Below, in pieces: positions 12,101-23,393 of a DNA stretch of 64,000 nucleotides (within the stretch, counting starts at the first letter, position 1; the number at the start of each line of letters is the position of its first letter). The notes beneath the pieces were generated by a model, which saw only the letters and a program-made list of their open reading frames with translations, was not told the origin of the DNA and searched no databases. The DNA is from Sporopachydermia quercuum (taxonomy: Eukaryota). The stretch lies in the NCBI GenBank assembly GCA_001599295.1, contig BCGN01000001.1, forward strand, positions 1,798,001 through 1,862,000. The letters are read 5' to 3'. The translations under genes and the position numbers were made by a program.

Positions 12101-12198
12101 TTTTTGCTCGGCCTGTTGTTCACGGGAAAAAGACTTCTTGATGGTTCCTTCGATGGATTACCTTTCGGCCGAATTCTACTGTCCTGCTGTTTTGACAT
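9121..12198 (-). CDS. SSY1: Amino-acid permease family member with ~450-aa hydrophilic N-terminal extension, SPS amino-acid sensor Ssy1-like
   Basis: IQRKLKSRHLQMIAFGGTLGVGLFL start of the YAT permease domain, about 12 TM segments, long acidic N-terminal domain and enlarged loop typical of Ssy1. Confidence 0.8.
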   Translation of the reverse strand: MSKQQDSRIRPKGNPSKEPSRSLFPVNNRPSKNKDTPSENEFANLISAIDSTVLKELGNTESSDAHWIQQSGEASYYDSFDYREFNNDSTSEDHFMVMKRHSNERDDQNVRDYHNSSERFATGIDTKNDSVVSSINLDATPHSGIEFRESNDTTSDCDNDIITNHNVDYITSDVHDSNPEGLTDFDIYNSRIEKEAYLKDKLASNDQRNYNDNKIGALNGGHLKVGVLPEAYEGEFIDTELEKDLTRKSTSAFNILRLPNPAKLIQRKLRNIPTINKSHDNRYLFDRQNTQTXNKTNEIDNDGEKQLYTSTASVSEFDNDSNLVVQLSNRTHSTAVVDAAPGPYAIDEQRFNNSVSNGGLSRFFNTRINNRGLYSAKASYRITSTDVRGGIDAINEEGYFGNINGNGNDNINNENIIDGVPIDEADFERNGITYTSTGKRSVNRNRHFGHNNEIQRKLKSRHLQMIAFGGTLGVGLFLASGKAFYIAGPLGAFIGFTIAGLIVLCAMLSFCEMVTLIPVAGGVSALGSRFVDDAFGFSLGVVYWISYSIGVPTELTAAAIMLSYYPQLDVPSVAAAGWITLFLFVVLLINVFDVRVYGEVEYYSSLLKLLVLISMIIFMVVLNQGGVPPQHRKVGMLYWSPSKSEHIENMYYGPFRPTFNYLNNDDSLDGIDGALGRFLATWVATTVASYAYVGTEIVCVAAGEARNPRKALPSATRRIFWRIIFFYIIGIFAVGLNFYSGDDRLLRFFDNTDVLVPHNLENTPDASLCNTQIIVWGSFANGNQSPWIIALQSAGLCSFASVVNGFLVFFAISAGSSQLYAASRTLYSLSIQGKIPSFFSWSSKSGVPYTAVLFSGSFGLLSYLSVSYSTTIIFQRLMSVCTTAGLLVWSGMCLAFIRFYHGLNKRQDIISRNSPLYPYKAPFQPLLAYIGMIGGFLLVLFXGFIVFLPGGWNVAFFFSSYGALIAFIIFYVGYKVLKQTKIKKLDQLDLDTGRREIDRIIWEEEDSGLPISFSRFVKKVALFFA

Positions 12199-14043
12199 TA
12201 CAACTTCACAGAATTGAAAATCATATTATCATTTCTAGCAGGTAAGTGTCGTCTTTAATTCAAATCACTCGATTGGACTATGACTCGGTGACAGTTAATT
12301 GTTTGGTTTCGATGATCAGTAGGAGGTTGTGCTTTGACGTGCTTAGTTGAAAACATAAAATAATTGAACAGAGAGAGATAAGCAGCTTCCGAAATTGTTC
12401 TTTTTCATGTTGGAAGAAAATGATGAGATGATATAAATAAATGATTACATAATCTGACATATGGATGCAAAGAGATAAGGAGGTAATGTTAGGTCGAGCG
12501 GAACAATTTGGCTTTCATTGTGAAGTTATTAAGAGGTTCTTAAATCTTTAAGAAGATTAAATATGTTCTAAAACGGAATTATTCAAATATTACAAATACA
12601 TAATACTTTGAGCGTAAAGAAATACAAACCTGAAGCTATTCTGTTCACTCAGGTTTCTATAACTTGGTGCCCTGGAAAGTAGAATAAGGTTTATCGTAAT
12701 TTACGGCCTGAGACGTTCTGGGTTAGATCTTTCATCTGCTACAATTTTAAACGGATTTATGCAGAGAGAGAGAAAATGAGAGATGGCAGTCGGATTTGCC
12801 AACAAATCTATCCTTAAATTTTAATTGCTTCAAGTATAAGTAGTCATTTGATTAGCGCATTCAACAGAAGAGCACAGGAGCGCGAAAGGTTGATTTTTTA
12901 GCTTGGATCTGTGTTTTTTGCTACTGAGAGTATTATTAGAAGATAGAATGCTTTAGATATATAACTAACTGGTTTTAACCTAGACAGTAGAGAAGATGTG
13001 TAAGGTTTAGTTTTCTAGTCTAATGTAATTAAATTTATATCAATTTCTTCCAGTTGCAGCTATTCATATCCTTTTCCAGCCTCTTGAGTCGGTGGTAGTT
13101 GGGAGGTATTGATCTGCTGAAATATTATTACTTAAACCTAATTTCTTAAAAAGAATCCTGAAGGTTTTTCTTTGCATATGTACATTAGCTGTCTTACATT
13201 TGAAATAATGGTAGAAACCAAGCACTAAATTTTCTCTTTTCTATTACGAAATANCTTTCCTGCTGTTCCAACAGTCAATTTACTACAAATCCTGGCTACC
13301 ACACCTGTATATTCGTCTTATAATATACAAATTCTATAGCTATCGTCTCTCCGTTTCAACCTATTCATGCATATTAATGCATTATATACAATTATATATG
13401 AAACATGCATTTCAATGTCATACAAAAGCTCTACATGTTCAGCAACCTACATTAACCTTAAATACACTTTTCGTTAGGCAAGAAAAAATTACTTCACCCG
13501 AATGATCAATAGATTTCGTCAAAAAAAGGAACTCGGATGTAACTGTAAAGTAGGCATTATGGTAACCGATGTATAGAATGAATTGAAATGGATTGGGATT
13601 AAGTGAGAAGCAAGATTTCGAAAGATTCTAAACGGAGATGAACTTTGGATTGAATAGTTTAGCTACCCAAAATTCCTCAATAATATTTCTTTCGAACAAA
13701 GAACTCAAGAACTAAATGTCGAGAGTTGTGCAAGATCTTTGATTGCACTTCCGCGATTCGCTCTAGCAGGTCAATAACAAATAACCGTTAGTTCAATGGT
13801 TGGAAATAGTTTGATTTTACAATATTCTAAATACCGGTCTTCCAATTGCTGGGAACCCATAGTAAGATATTGTAAAGTAAGATAAATACACAAAAAATGA
13901 TATTTCAACCTAACTAAAGAATATACAATTCCTATACAAGAGAGATAGGTGATATACCATATTTAATAACGATGCCATTGATAAATAAAACCATTCAAGT
14001 CATAAGAGAAAAGAAAATAAAACGTTTCCACAGACGACTAAAT

Positions 14044-14456
14044 TTAAGCACAAGCAGACTTCAAGTAGGTAATCAAGTCGTTTCTGTCCTTGTCCTTCTT
14101 CAAACCACCGAAAGCCATCTTGGTACCAGGAATGTACTTCTTGGGGTTGAGAAGATAGTCAGACAAGGTGTCTTCAGTCCAAGTGACACCCTTTCTCTTG
14201 TTAGCATCAGTGTAGGAGTATCCTTCAGCTTGACCAGACTTTCTGCCAAAAATACCATTGAGGTTAGGACCAACCTTGTGTGGTCCACCTTTTTCGACAG
14301 TGTGGCATTGAAGACATCTAGTCTTGAAGAGATTGGCACCCTTCTTTTCACTTCCTGTGGTATTTGTTAGTTTATATCCTGCAACATATGCTTCTACCAA
14401 TATTTCACTATCATCATAAAGAAATCAAATCTTAACTTACCTGGAGCATAACCCAT
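14044..14456 (-). CDS. CYC1: Cytochrome c (exons 14456-14441, 14354-14044)
   Basis: [23 protein letters not shown] (CxxCH), [19 protein letters not shown]; intron 14440-14355 GTAAGT..CTAAC..CAG. Confidence 0.97.
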
Positions 14457-14649
14457 TTTTGATATTAGTTTATTGATAAAAATAAATGCGAATTAGATAG
14501 TTGTTGACAGAATCTATAAAGATCGTTCACTCTATAAGCAACACAAAACTTAAGTATACACAACGTGAAAGAAAAAAAGATCTATTCTTTACTATATATA
14601 TTACAAAAATAGACTGTTTACCACTCATAAAGAGGAAAGAAGGAGGAAA

Positions 14650-15163
14650 CCAATGAAAGAGAGAATAAAGAAACTAAAAGAGGATCAATCAAACTTCCTC
14701 ATGCAGCGACTTTTTTTTTCACTTTCCGTTTCCGTTTCAAGCTACATGATGGGACACTTTACCGTTTGTCTATATCAAATCTTATTATTATCTTTATTTG
14801 ATGTTCATATAAGGCTCAAGTCTCTTAAGCATTATTATATTCCACATATTTGATACTATCATTACAATGAGAATCAGTTACTTCCATCAAAATCTATCAA
14901 GTACCACAGTATTTGATACAATGGTAGTAGTCAAGCATTACCCAATCCGCTTCCGCCGAATGTCATTGAGGAAATGTCTGGCGTCTGTTTTGAAAATAAA
15001 GTATTCGTAAATGATACTATTTTCACATAAAAACATAAGCAATAATTATCTCATTTCTGACTGGTTGTTTCGGAGGTCTCGGGACAAATGGCCTGCTGTT
15101 TTGGTGAATATGGACAAACTGTAATTGCTGATGGGACAACTGTTTCGGAATAATTCGGAATAA
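14650..15163. promoter_or_regulatory. Cytochrome c upstream region with CCAAT box(es) and a tandem TTCGGAATAA repeat (possible zinc-cluster sites)
   Basis: CCAAT at 14650-14654; TTCGGAATAA x2 at 15144-15163; short motifs, function inferred from gene class only. Confidence 0.3.
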
Positions 15164-16266
15164 CTTAGAAGGGTTGAGTCATGTGATTAGAGATGAATTA
15201 TGNCAATGGGACGAAGAATACCAGATTCAGATGTAGATAACATATAGCCAGATGGCTGTATATTATTTTGTTTAAATTGAAGGAGAGAACAAGGTGATAA
15301 AATGATGCAAAANTGGGTGCCAGGTAATAGAGGAGTATTGTGCTAAAAGTATATGTTGCGAGTGCCAATACGGTAAAATCCACATATGATGAAGTATTTG
15401 GGAATGCATTACATCTCTAGTTTTCGCTAATATCTTTAGAGAAGTAATTAAAGAGTTGAATATTGTTGGTGAGATAGACTTACTTGTTTCCTTTGTTCTG
15501 TATTTTTGTACAATCTTTTATGGTCACCTCAAAAATATATGAACCATTTAATCCGTTGTCACTTTTTAGATCTGCGTGTGAAATAATACTATGGAGGCGA
15601 TTGAATACGAGCAATTACAACTACGATCTGCTGATGTTATTATTGAATAAATATAAGTAGTTCCTAGGAAGCTACAGCCTGCATAACTTACTTGCTTAAG
15701 AAACCAAGGACGTTTGGTAACATTACAAGACAATTAGAACTCCTCCAAACGATTCATTTATAGATGGCTATATCATGCTTAGTGTATGTAACCAAGGCTC
15801 TTGTAGTAAATTGAATCTAAACTCAAAGCCATTAAATAAAGGAACGAAACTAAAGAAAGCAATGGCTTATCAAGGCATTGTCAATTTACTAACTNTTACT
15901 ATCGATTCTTCCATCTAAGTTTCATATCGAGCTCTAGTTCCCATTTTTACAGAATACATATATTTATCTAACGACATATATAGTAAAAATTATTCATTTC
16001 GATTGATTAGTAGACCAATTTTGCTTCCAGAAGGTTGAGCAGGTATAATAACGGAAAACTACCCAACACATCTTGAGAAAGAAGGTAGAATGCATAGATA
16101 CCTTCACAGTTCTGCCAAAGAAATGTCGGCTTAGATATACCGGCAGTAACAGCATAACTATTCTCACATAATATAATAGTCTTTTTGGCTTATTGTTCCT
16201 TCGCTTCGTCTGCAGCTTCAAGCCGACTTAAATTTTATGATTCTTAGGTAAACAACCTGTAATTTG

Positions 16267-16325
16267 CCGGGGAGATTACCACTGATAGAGTCTCTGTCAT
16301 GAAGGATCAGTGGTAATCTCCCCGG
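16267..16325. repeat. Perfect 20-bp inverted repeat with 19-nt spacer
   Basis: CCGGGGAGATTACCACTGAT (16267-16286) / ATCAGTGGTAATCTCCCCGG (16306-16325). Confidence 0.95.
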
Positions 16326-17090
16326 TAGTGATTATTCCATTTCACTTCCCATTTTAGTGTACTGAAGAGCTAAAATTATAGAAATTAGTGGAAGAAATAG
16401 TACAATCTCATCAATTAAAATACTGCTTTTGGACTGGAATTGGGCTATACAAGTTTCCTCTTTGGTTAGAATTCTTGGATAACCAACTCTCTGCCATGTA
16501 AATTGCTTTACCTTTTCCTTCCCAAATAAACTCTCTCTAGCTTTCTTCAGTATCTATTGACTGATGTCAGATAACTAGGACGTAGTTCAAACACACAATA
16601 ATCCACTATAACTTTCTTCTAGTATTGTGATAAGAACACATAACTCACTTCAAAATGGCTACTCAATTGATAGCATTCTGGTTCTTTTACGTGGTTAAAG
16701 TTCTAGAATATAAATTACAGTAGGGTTTAGCCTTTTTTAGATTAATTATTACTTAGTTCGATTATCAACTTAAAGTGCTATAGAAACTTTAATTCATGTA
16801 CAACCAGTTACTTGACATAATTAATGGCGTAAGACTAATTAATGAAAATGTATATAAGAAAGGAATAATCTCACAAGTGATTCCAGTTTCTTTGTCATTG
16901 AACAATATGGTCTTTAATGTAGTGTTTCTCTGTTGTTTAAATATCGTCACCACTTTCGCTTATCAAATTTAGAATCTAAGATCATTGAGGCTTTAATATT
17001 CACTTAAGCTCAGGTAAAAAGCAGAGAAGACTCAAGCTGNTACTACTTATCACTCTAAGAGATAAACAGTATCAAAGAAATTTTAGAATA

Positions 17091-17338
17091 ATGGAATTCA
17101 AGAAGATAGTTATTGCCGGTATGACGCTTGCAGCTACCGCTGCTGCTCAAAACAACACCACGTATGTATTCTAATGCTTTTTTATTCTACCTTTTGTTGA
17201 ACTCAAGCACTCCAGAATAATACTAATACTAACTAACTCAGTGGTGGTGCGACTACTCCTGACGCTGCAGCCATAGGTTCAGTTTCTGTTGGTTTGCTTG
17301 CAGCTGCCATTGCAGCAGGTGCTGCTCTACTCTTTTGA
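17091..17338 (+). CDS. 55-aa secreted, probably GPI-anchored peptide, HOR7/DDR2-like architecture (exons 17091-17161, 17242-17338)
   Basis: MEFKKIVIAGMTLAATAAA-QNNTTGGATTPD-AAAIGSVSVGLLAAAIAAGAALLF; intron 17162-17241 GTATGT..TACTAAC..CAG; signal peptide, N-glycosylation sequons, hydrophobic C-terminus. Confidence 0.85.
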
Positions 17339-17471
17339 ACTTTTGAAAGTGTAAGAAACGTCCTGAGTTTCAATATTTATTTCTATCACCCTTTATTTTA
17401 TCAGCTTTTAATAATTAATTTCAAATAACCGCTGGGTAACATTTTATTCATGTGTAGAAACGTAGTGAAGC

Positions 17472-17583
17472 TTGCCTATACTTACTATTTAGTTGATATT
17501 GTATTACTATAAATTTATAAATACTGTTATGTAGAGAAATTGCCTATGCTTACTATTTGCTTGATTATTGTACTACTATGAAT
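17472..17583. repeat. Imperfect direct duplication of ~43 bp downstream of the GPI-peptide gene
   Basis: TTGCCTATACTTACTATTTAGTTGATATTGTATTACTATAAAT (17472-17514) vs TTGCCTATGCTTACTATTTGCTTGATTATTGTACTACTATGAAT (17540-17583). Confidence 0.8.
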
Positions 17584-18940
17584 ATTGTTAGAACTTTAGT
17601 TTGAAGGATTGTTTGAATTCTTATTAATAGACAGCTAACATCAACCATTAATTCGACTGATTGAAATGAAGCGGAGCATTTCGTTAATTGTATTACCAGA
17701 AATAGACTAAGAGTAATGACTCTTGGGTTTCTATTGTTCTTATTGGGAGTCTAGAATTCTAGATTGACTATTTGAAATAAAGTTGTGGCCATACGTCAAA
17801 GTCCAAACCATATATGCTCAACTTTTCTTTTTCTACTGATGTTAATAATGAATGGAGATTATCAATAAATCAGTATCCGCTTGCCAAGTGACAACTATAT
17901 TGCAATTACAAAGATTATAACTCTTCGTTTTAACTGCAAAATCAGGGAACTTATAAGCTTTCTCACATCGAAAGAATAGATGATGTTGTACAAGCTGCTT
18001 GGCTATATGCAGGGTGTATTAAGGTTGAAAGGAAAGCTGTACCTGAAAGCCTATCACAAAGCATAGTTTTAAAGATTATGATTTTCAACCATTAAGTTAG
18101 AACGATCCTAAAAAATGTATTAAGATTTTTACAAATTTCTAAATTTCCATTAGTCTAGGTACTTTTGGATACTTTTATTTGCTTCAGAATCAACTTTTTA
18201 CTTGCTACTGTTGTAAATTTTACAATAATCGAACTATTGAATTCATTAGCTTTGTTCTTATAGAACGATGAAATTGTTAGATCATATTTTCAACCTTATT
18301 TAAGATCTATATATACTTAAAACCTAAAGTTCATGAATACTTTGAGAGAGAATATTCAATGAGATCACCACTTTTGGTTTACCGATAGAGAAAATATTAT
18401 TATTATGAAAATCTCTATCGTATAGTATGTTACAATACAATATCAATTATATCATAGGATGAAATATTACCAATCAGAGAATCATCTAGCTTGTTAGTTA
18501 CAAAATCCAGTAAAATTTGCCACCAGTTTTTTCTCTTTGATTATGGTTGATGGTATTGATATTAACTAATGAAAGGAATATAACTATCGTTATTTATGAG
18601 TTAGAAGGTAAGATGTGCAGACCACACCGTTAATTGTAATATTTTTCTTTTTTTTTCTTTCAATACATATTTATTGCATAGAGCAAACTTGAGACACGGA
18701 GATTAATAGAGTTGTATTAGACTGTGGTTTCCCGAGTTCACCGAGTTCATTTGCATAGTACTTATTATAACTCACTTATCGTCGATATGTCATAGATATT
18801 ATATTCTCGACGGATGATAGATAGTTTAAACTACTAATGGTGGGACACACTCAAAAGTGCCCTACGGGAAATTATCAATACATAGTAATCTATTAAACTG
18901 ACTATCGCTAAATACAACAGGCGATGGTCTTTACAATCAA

Positions 18941-21481
18941 TTATTCATCAGCTTTCAACTCTTTGATATCATCAGTATTCGAATTTAGACCCAAAACATT
19001 AAGGAACATATTCAAGTTACTCAAAATATATTGGCAGCCTTGTTCATCACCAGCTTCTCTCTTTGATTTGGCTGCGGCCATTGCACCAAAAATACGGTCT
19101 CTTACTTCATCAACCATCACAGTTTGATGTTGGAACTTGGATCCTAACGCAAGAGTGGCCAAAAAGTGCCAAACATAAGATTCATCAAAAGAATCTGCCG
19201 GGGGGAAAATTGACGCCAAGTTACCTTCCAATTTCGAAAACAATTCATCGAATAATCCATCCCATGGTCCAAGTAATGTTTGAGCGTTGGAGTCTTGTTT
19301 CAACAACTCTGCCCTTGAAATAATAATATTCAATAAAGACAATCCAATTTTTGTCCTTGCGACATCAATAACATTTGCTTGTAGAAAATTCCTGGTAATT
19401 TGTATAAGTTCTTCAGGTGATGATTCTGTGATGAATAAGACGATAGGGGACAAGGACGTTTGAAAAAATAAATCAACATTCTTTGCAATATCTGAAGATT
19501 CAGAGATATTCTCCTTATTATATATATTGTAATCACCAGACTTGATAACAATCAATTGATCCAAGGTTAGCAATAACAAGGAAATGATCTTGAATTGAGA
19601 TTCACGAGTAATAAACCGGAATATTCTAGGAAAGACTTTTATACCTTTGTTGACATTCAATAAAGCGATCACTCCGTTAGTTTTAGCTCCACCTCTACCA
19701 ACAATTTCACTGTTCAACAATAAATCAAGTAACTTCTTTGTCTCATTATCAAATTCTTCCTTCCAGTGTTGAAAGTCTTCACCTGTAGATTCGTCAGATT
19801 CATGAGGTCTTTCTCTATCTAATGATTCCAGTTGAAGAACAACATCATAAACGTTTTCAACAAATCTCAAGCTTGATCCTTTATTCTTGAATTGATCTTC
19901 ATTGTTGTCTGCCTTTATTTCTAAGGCTCTTCTCGGTGTTTTACTATTGACAACACTAACTTTGCCCAATGCACCTTGTTTAGCAAATGAATCCTGTTTA
20001 GGATGATTTTTAGCAGTAGTTACCGCTTTTCTCACTTGATCATACATATTTCTCATAACTAATTCAGGTTTAGGAACTCTACGTCTTCCTCCATCTCCAT
20101 AGTTGAAGCCTTGAATAGATTGAGAAGCATACGTTTGTGCAATAGATTGGTATTCTTGAGAGATCTCTTGCTCACGTGCTTCAGAACCGTGAATTGCCTT
20201 ATGAACCTGGAAATAAAAATCGTCAACAAAAGGATTCTCAGTAACAATTTGAGCCAACTGAACTCTTGTGATAAAATCACGATCCTTAGCAGTAAGCAGT
20301 CCATTATAACGATACTTAGGATCAGTATTACTAATGCTATTATTATTGTTATAATTATTGTGATTATTTCTTCCTTGTCTGAACCCTTGAGAATACTGTT
20401 GCTGAGACTGCTGCTGATTTTGTCTATTGTATTGTTGCTGGAAATTTCGCTCACCACCGTCAGACTTCAAATCTAACTTGTCCAAACGAGCATTCAATGT
20501 TTTATCAATAGTCTCTTTGACTCCAAGAGGAGGAAATTCAGACAAGTCTGGAACATTTTGCCCTTGATTTTGGCTTTGAGATTGGTTTGAGAATTGGTTT
20601 CTGTTCTGAAGTTGAGGTTGAGATTGGAATTGCATTTGAGGAGGCTCTTGAGGTTGTGCCGATGGAATTTCACTAGGAATCGATCCCTGATTAAGTTGTG
20701 GTACACTCTGCTGTTGGTTTTGTTGTTGTGGTTGTCCTAATCCTCGAGGTTGATAGGAATCTTGACCAGATTGTTGTTGCTGTAGCGGTTGTTGTTGGAA
20801 TTGAGGAAATCCCAAAGGCTGCTGCTGGTGTTGAGGTTGCATTGGTACTTGAAAAGGAAGATACCCAGGGGCTGCAAATTGATTAGGACCAGGACCTGCA
20901 GCTGAGTTAGGGATAGGACCAGGACCAGGAGGATAGTTAAACATAGGATGGTTCTGTCCTGGATAAACGCCTTGCTGAGGAACATAACCTTGAGGGAATG
21001 CTGGTGGTTGTTGTGGTTGTTGGAATTGTGGTTGAGCAACATTTGGATTATACTGTTGTCCAATCATTTGAGACTCAAGTTCTTCCAATGAAAACACTTT
21101 CTTTGGTGGTTGACTGGCACTATCAACTGGTTCAGGTGATCTAGATACTTCTTTAACATTGCTTCCCCAAATTGAAACATTTGGTTGCAAGATTTCGCTC
21201 TCATCGATAACAATAGGTTCTTGTTGTTCTTGCGAATAAGATGACAAGAAATCATTATTCTTCGGAGATGGTTGAGAAAATGACTGACCAGAGAAATCAA
21301 AGTCCAGTCCGATATCTTTCACATCGCCACCAAATGTTTCATCATTCAGCTCATCTATTGCTTCTTCATCCAAACCAGAATACGTGTCGTCGAAATTATA
21401 AGCACGTCTGCCATGCTTCCTGTCTCTTGGCTTCGAATTTTGAGCTTCCTTGCCGGAAGTGTCAAAACCAAAAAAAGACAT
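18941..21481 (-). CDS. PAT1: mRNA decapping activator / deadenylation factor Pat1
   Basis: MSFFGFDT start, DELNDETFG, LSLEELE-like motif, GLLTAKDRDFITRVQLAQIVTENPFVDDFYFQV, C-terminal NLNMFLNVLGL. Confidence 0.93.
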   Translation of the reverse strand: MSFFGFDTSGKEAQNSKPRDRKHGRRAYNFDDTYSGLDEEAIDELNDETFGGDVKDIGLDFDFSGQSFSQPSPKNNDFLSSYSQEQQEPIVIDESEILQPNVSIWGSNVKEVSRSPEPVDSASQPPKKVFSLEELESQMIGQQYNPNVAQPQFQQPQQPPAFPQGYVPQQGVYPGQNHPMFNYPPGPGPIPNSAAGPGPNQFAAPGYLPFQVPMQPQHQQQPLGFPQFQQQPLQQQQSGQDSYQPRGLGQPQQQNQQQSVPQLNQGSIPSEIPSAQPQEPPQMQFQSQPQLQNRNQFSNQSQSQNQGQNVPDLSEFPPLGVKETIDKTLNARLDKLDLKSDGGERNFQQQYNRQNQQQSQQQYSQGFRQGRNNHNNYNNNNSISNTDPKYRYNGLLTAKDRDFITRVQLAQIVTENPFVDDFYFQVHKAIHGSEAREQEISQEYQSIAQTYASQSIQGFNYGDGGRRRVPKPELVMRNMYDQVRKAVTTAKNHPKQDSFAKQGALGKVSVVNSKTPRRALEIKADNNEDQFKNKGSSLRFVENVYDVVLQLESLDRERPHESDESTGEDFQHWKEEFDNETKKLLDLLLNSEIVGRGGAKTNGVIALLNVNKGIKVFPRIFRFITRESQFKIISLLLLTLDQLIVIKSGDYNIYNKENISESSDIAKNVDLFFQTSLSPIVLFITESSPEELIQITRNFLQANVIDVARTKIGLSLLNIIISRAELLKQDSNAQTLLGPWDGLFDELFSKLEGNLASIFPPADSFDESYVWHFLATLALGSKFQHQTVMVDEVRDRIFGAMAAAKSKREAGDEQGCQYILSNLNMFLNVLGLNSNTDDIKELKADE

Positions 21482-21972
21482 TGAATACAAGTCTCAAAGG
21501 TGAATTCAATTGTTGATAGGAGTTAAATTTATCCGATTATCTACTATCAAATATCCAGTCTCTGACGACTAAAGGAATAGCTATAGCNTTCCAAAAGTTT
21601 CACTTCAATGGTTAGTTATCTCTACCGCTTCTGTTCACATGATCAGCCATCAATCTTTTGCACTGGGAGGATATTACCTTATTCTAACGGACCACAAATT
21701 GATATACGTACGTTTCAAATCGGGAGTTAATTGCAGATTGCAAATTGATATTACACTTAATCCAGCACTTGCCGTAATTGTTCACTACTTGTTTACGATT
21801 TGATATACTCAGGAAATGGCAAAAATATCACACAATGGCATGCTATGTGAGTTGGATGTAGCACGTAGCTTCTCCTCATCATGTTTTTTCACTTTGTTCC
21901 CTGTCCTGCTTGGGTTTTATTTGTGAACAAACACTGATGCAGAAAGAAGGGTACTGCAGATTAGTTGCATAT

Positions 21973-21980
21973 CCGGGTAA
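21973..21980. promoter_or_regulatory. Reb1-type site in the divergent PAT1/ARC35 promoter
   Basis: CCGGGTAA exact match followed by a T-tract. Confidence 0.45.
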
Positions 21981-22430
21981 CTATTTTTTCATAGATAATG
22001 GTTGAGAAACACCCTGACATCTGACGATTGCAAAATTGAGTTGAAAGGAGATGTGTAGTTGTAAAAGGGAGGGTGTACTGAAGATAATACTAGTAAGAGT
22101 CAATTCCGGCTCTATAGCCCCTTAGGTAGATAGGAATAGATGATTGACGAGCAACTACAATGTGGATTGATTGCAAGGGCAGAAGTAGAGAGCCAAACCC
22201 AGGGGAGTAAGTATTTGATACAAAGGAACAGAGGACTCTTGTGAGAATATATTGAGTACTAGGAAGGATTGATTCATATTATATTGCTAGATTGTATTGT
22301 GAGGAGTACCTTGAGATTGAAAGGAGTTGAATCAGATAAGGAATACAAGTAATATACAGTTCGATTCAAGAGCTAAGGGTAGGAGATAGGTCTCAATTGC
22401 AGTTCTTTTACACTAACAACGATATTTCCA

Positions 22431-23393
22431 ATGTTACAACTTCAATATCATAACTTATTAATTCAGTCAATTTTAACTGAGAGGTTCGCATTTGATGCTA
22501 CTCCCATAACAATTGATCAAATCATCTCAGACTTTGACAATGTTACCTTTCATGTTTCAACCCCAGAATCAAAAACCAATATTGTGGTTTCCCTATACAT
22601 CAAATGCTATTCAGATCTTAAGAAATATGGAGTTGAAGAGTCTTTGAAAAAAACTTATGGAAAATATGTTTCCGAAACAGTTGAACCAGGGTATGACTTT
22701 TCTCTTTATATTGACTTAGAAAACTTACCGGAGGATCCTGTTGAACGTGAAGAACTAGTAACGAAAATCGCTTTGTTAAAGAGAAATGCTATGGCTGCAC
22801 CTTTTGAAAAGGCGTTCCGTGAATTTGACTCATTAAGTGCAGATGCTGATAAGAAGTCTCTTGATTTATATGCACCTGAGACTAGCAACAACAACAATGA
22901 AGTAATGGCATTGAACTACAGAGACGAAGAATCAATTTACATCAAGCCTTCTCACGACAGAGTTACTGTGATCTTTTCAACTATTTTCAAAGATGAAACG
23001 GATAGAATTTTTGGTAAAGTATTCTTACAAGAGTTTGTTGACGCACGGAAAAGAGCCATTCAAAACGCTCCACAAGTGCTTTATTCCCAAAAGGAACCAC
23101 CCCTTGAAATCAAACATTTGGTAAAGGACACTACAGATGACATTGGCTATGTTATTTTTGTTTTGTTCCCAAGACATTTAGCTCTACAGCGACGAGAAAA
23201 CTGTATATCTCAAATTCAAATCTTCCGAGATTATTTCCACTATCACATCAAATGTTCAAAGGCCTATATGCACTCCCGAATGCGTTTCCGAGTCTCTGAA
23301 TTCTTGAAAGTTCTTAACAGAGCAAAGCCCGAGAATGCTGAAAAGGAAAAGAAAACAGCTTCAGGTAGAAGATTTGAAATCAATAGAGCTTAG
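22431..23393 (+). CDS. ARC35: Arp2/3 complex 34-kDa subunit (ARPC2)
   Basis: DRVTVIFSTIFKDETDRIFGKVFLQEFVDAR, FRDYFHYHIKCSKAYMHSRMR, FLKVLNRAKPE. Confidence 0.96.
   Translation: MLQLQYHNLLIQSILTERFAFDATPITIDQIISDFDNVTFHVSTPESKTNIVVSLYIKCYSDLKKYGVEESLKKTYGKYVSETVEPGYDFSLYIDLENLPEDPVEREELVTKIALLKRNAMAAPFEKAFREFDSLSADADKKSLDLYAPETSNNNNEVMALNYRDEESIYIKPSHDRVTVIFSTIFKDETDRIFGKVFLQEFVDARKRAIQNAPQVLYSQKEPPLEIKHLVKDTTDDIGYVIFVLFPRHLALQRRENCISQIQIFRDYFHYHIKCSKAYMHSRMRFRVSEFLKVLNRAKPENAEKEKKTASGRRFEINRA

Noticed and set aside
12278..12460. 60-aa ORF upstream of SSY1 as a uORF
   Set aside because: AT-rich, no features, TSS unknown.
13610..13780. RFRKILNGDELWIE resembling a Tc1/mariner DDE motif in a stop-interrupted frame
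   Set aside because: Single short motif, no further transposase blocks or terminal repeats seen.
13785..13860. tRNA A-box-like TAGTTCAATGGTT
   Set aside because: No T-loop GTTCRA or cloverleaf pairing.
17870..18095. Protein-like fragment IERIDDVVQAAWLYAGCIK with upstream stops (pseudogene?)
   Set aside because: No parent family recognised; needs BLASTX.
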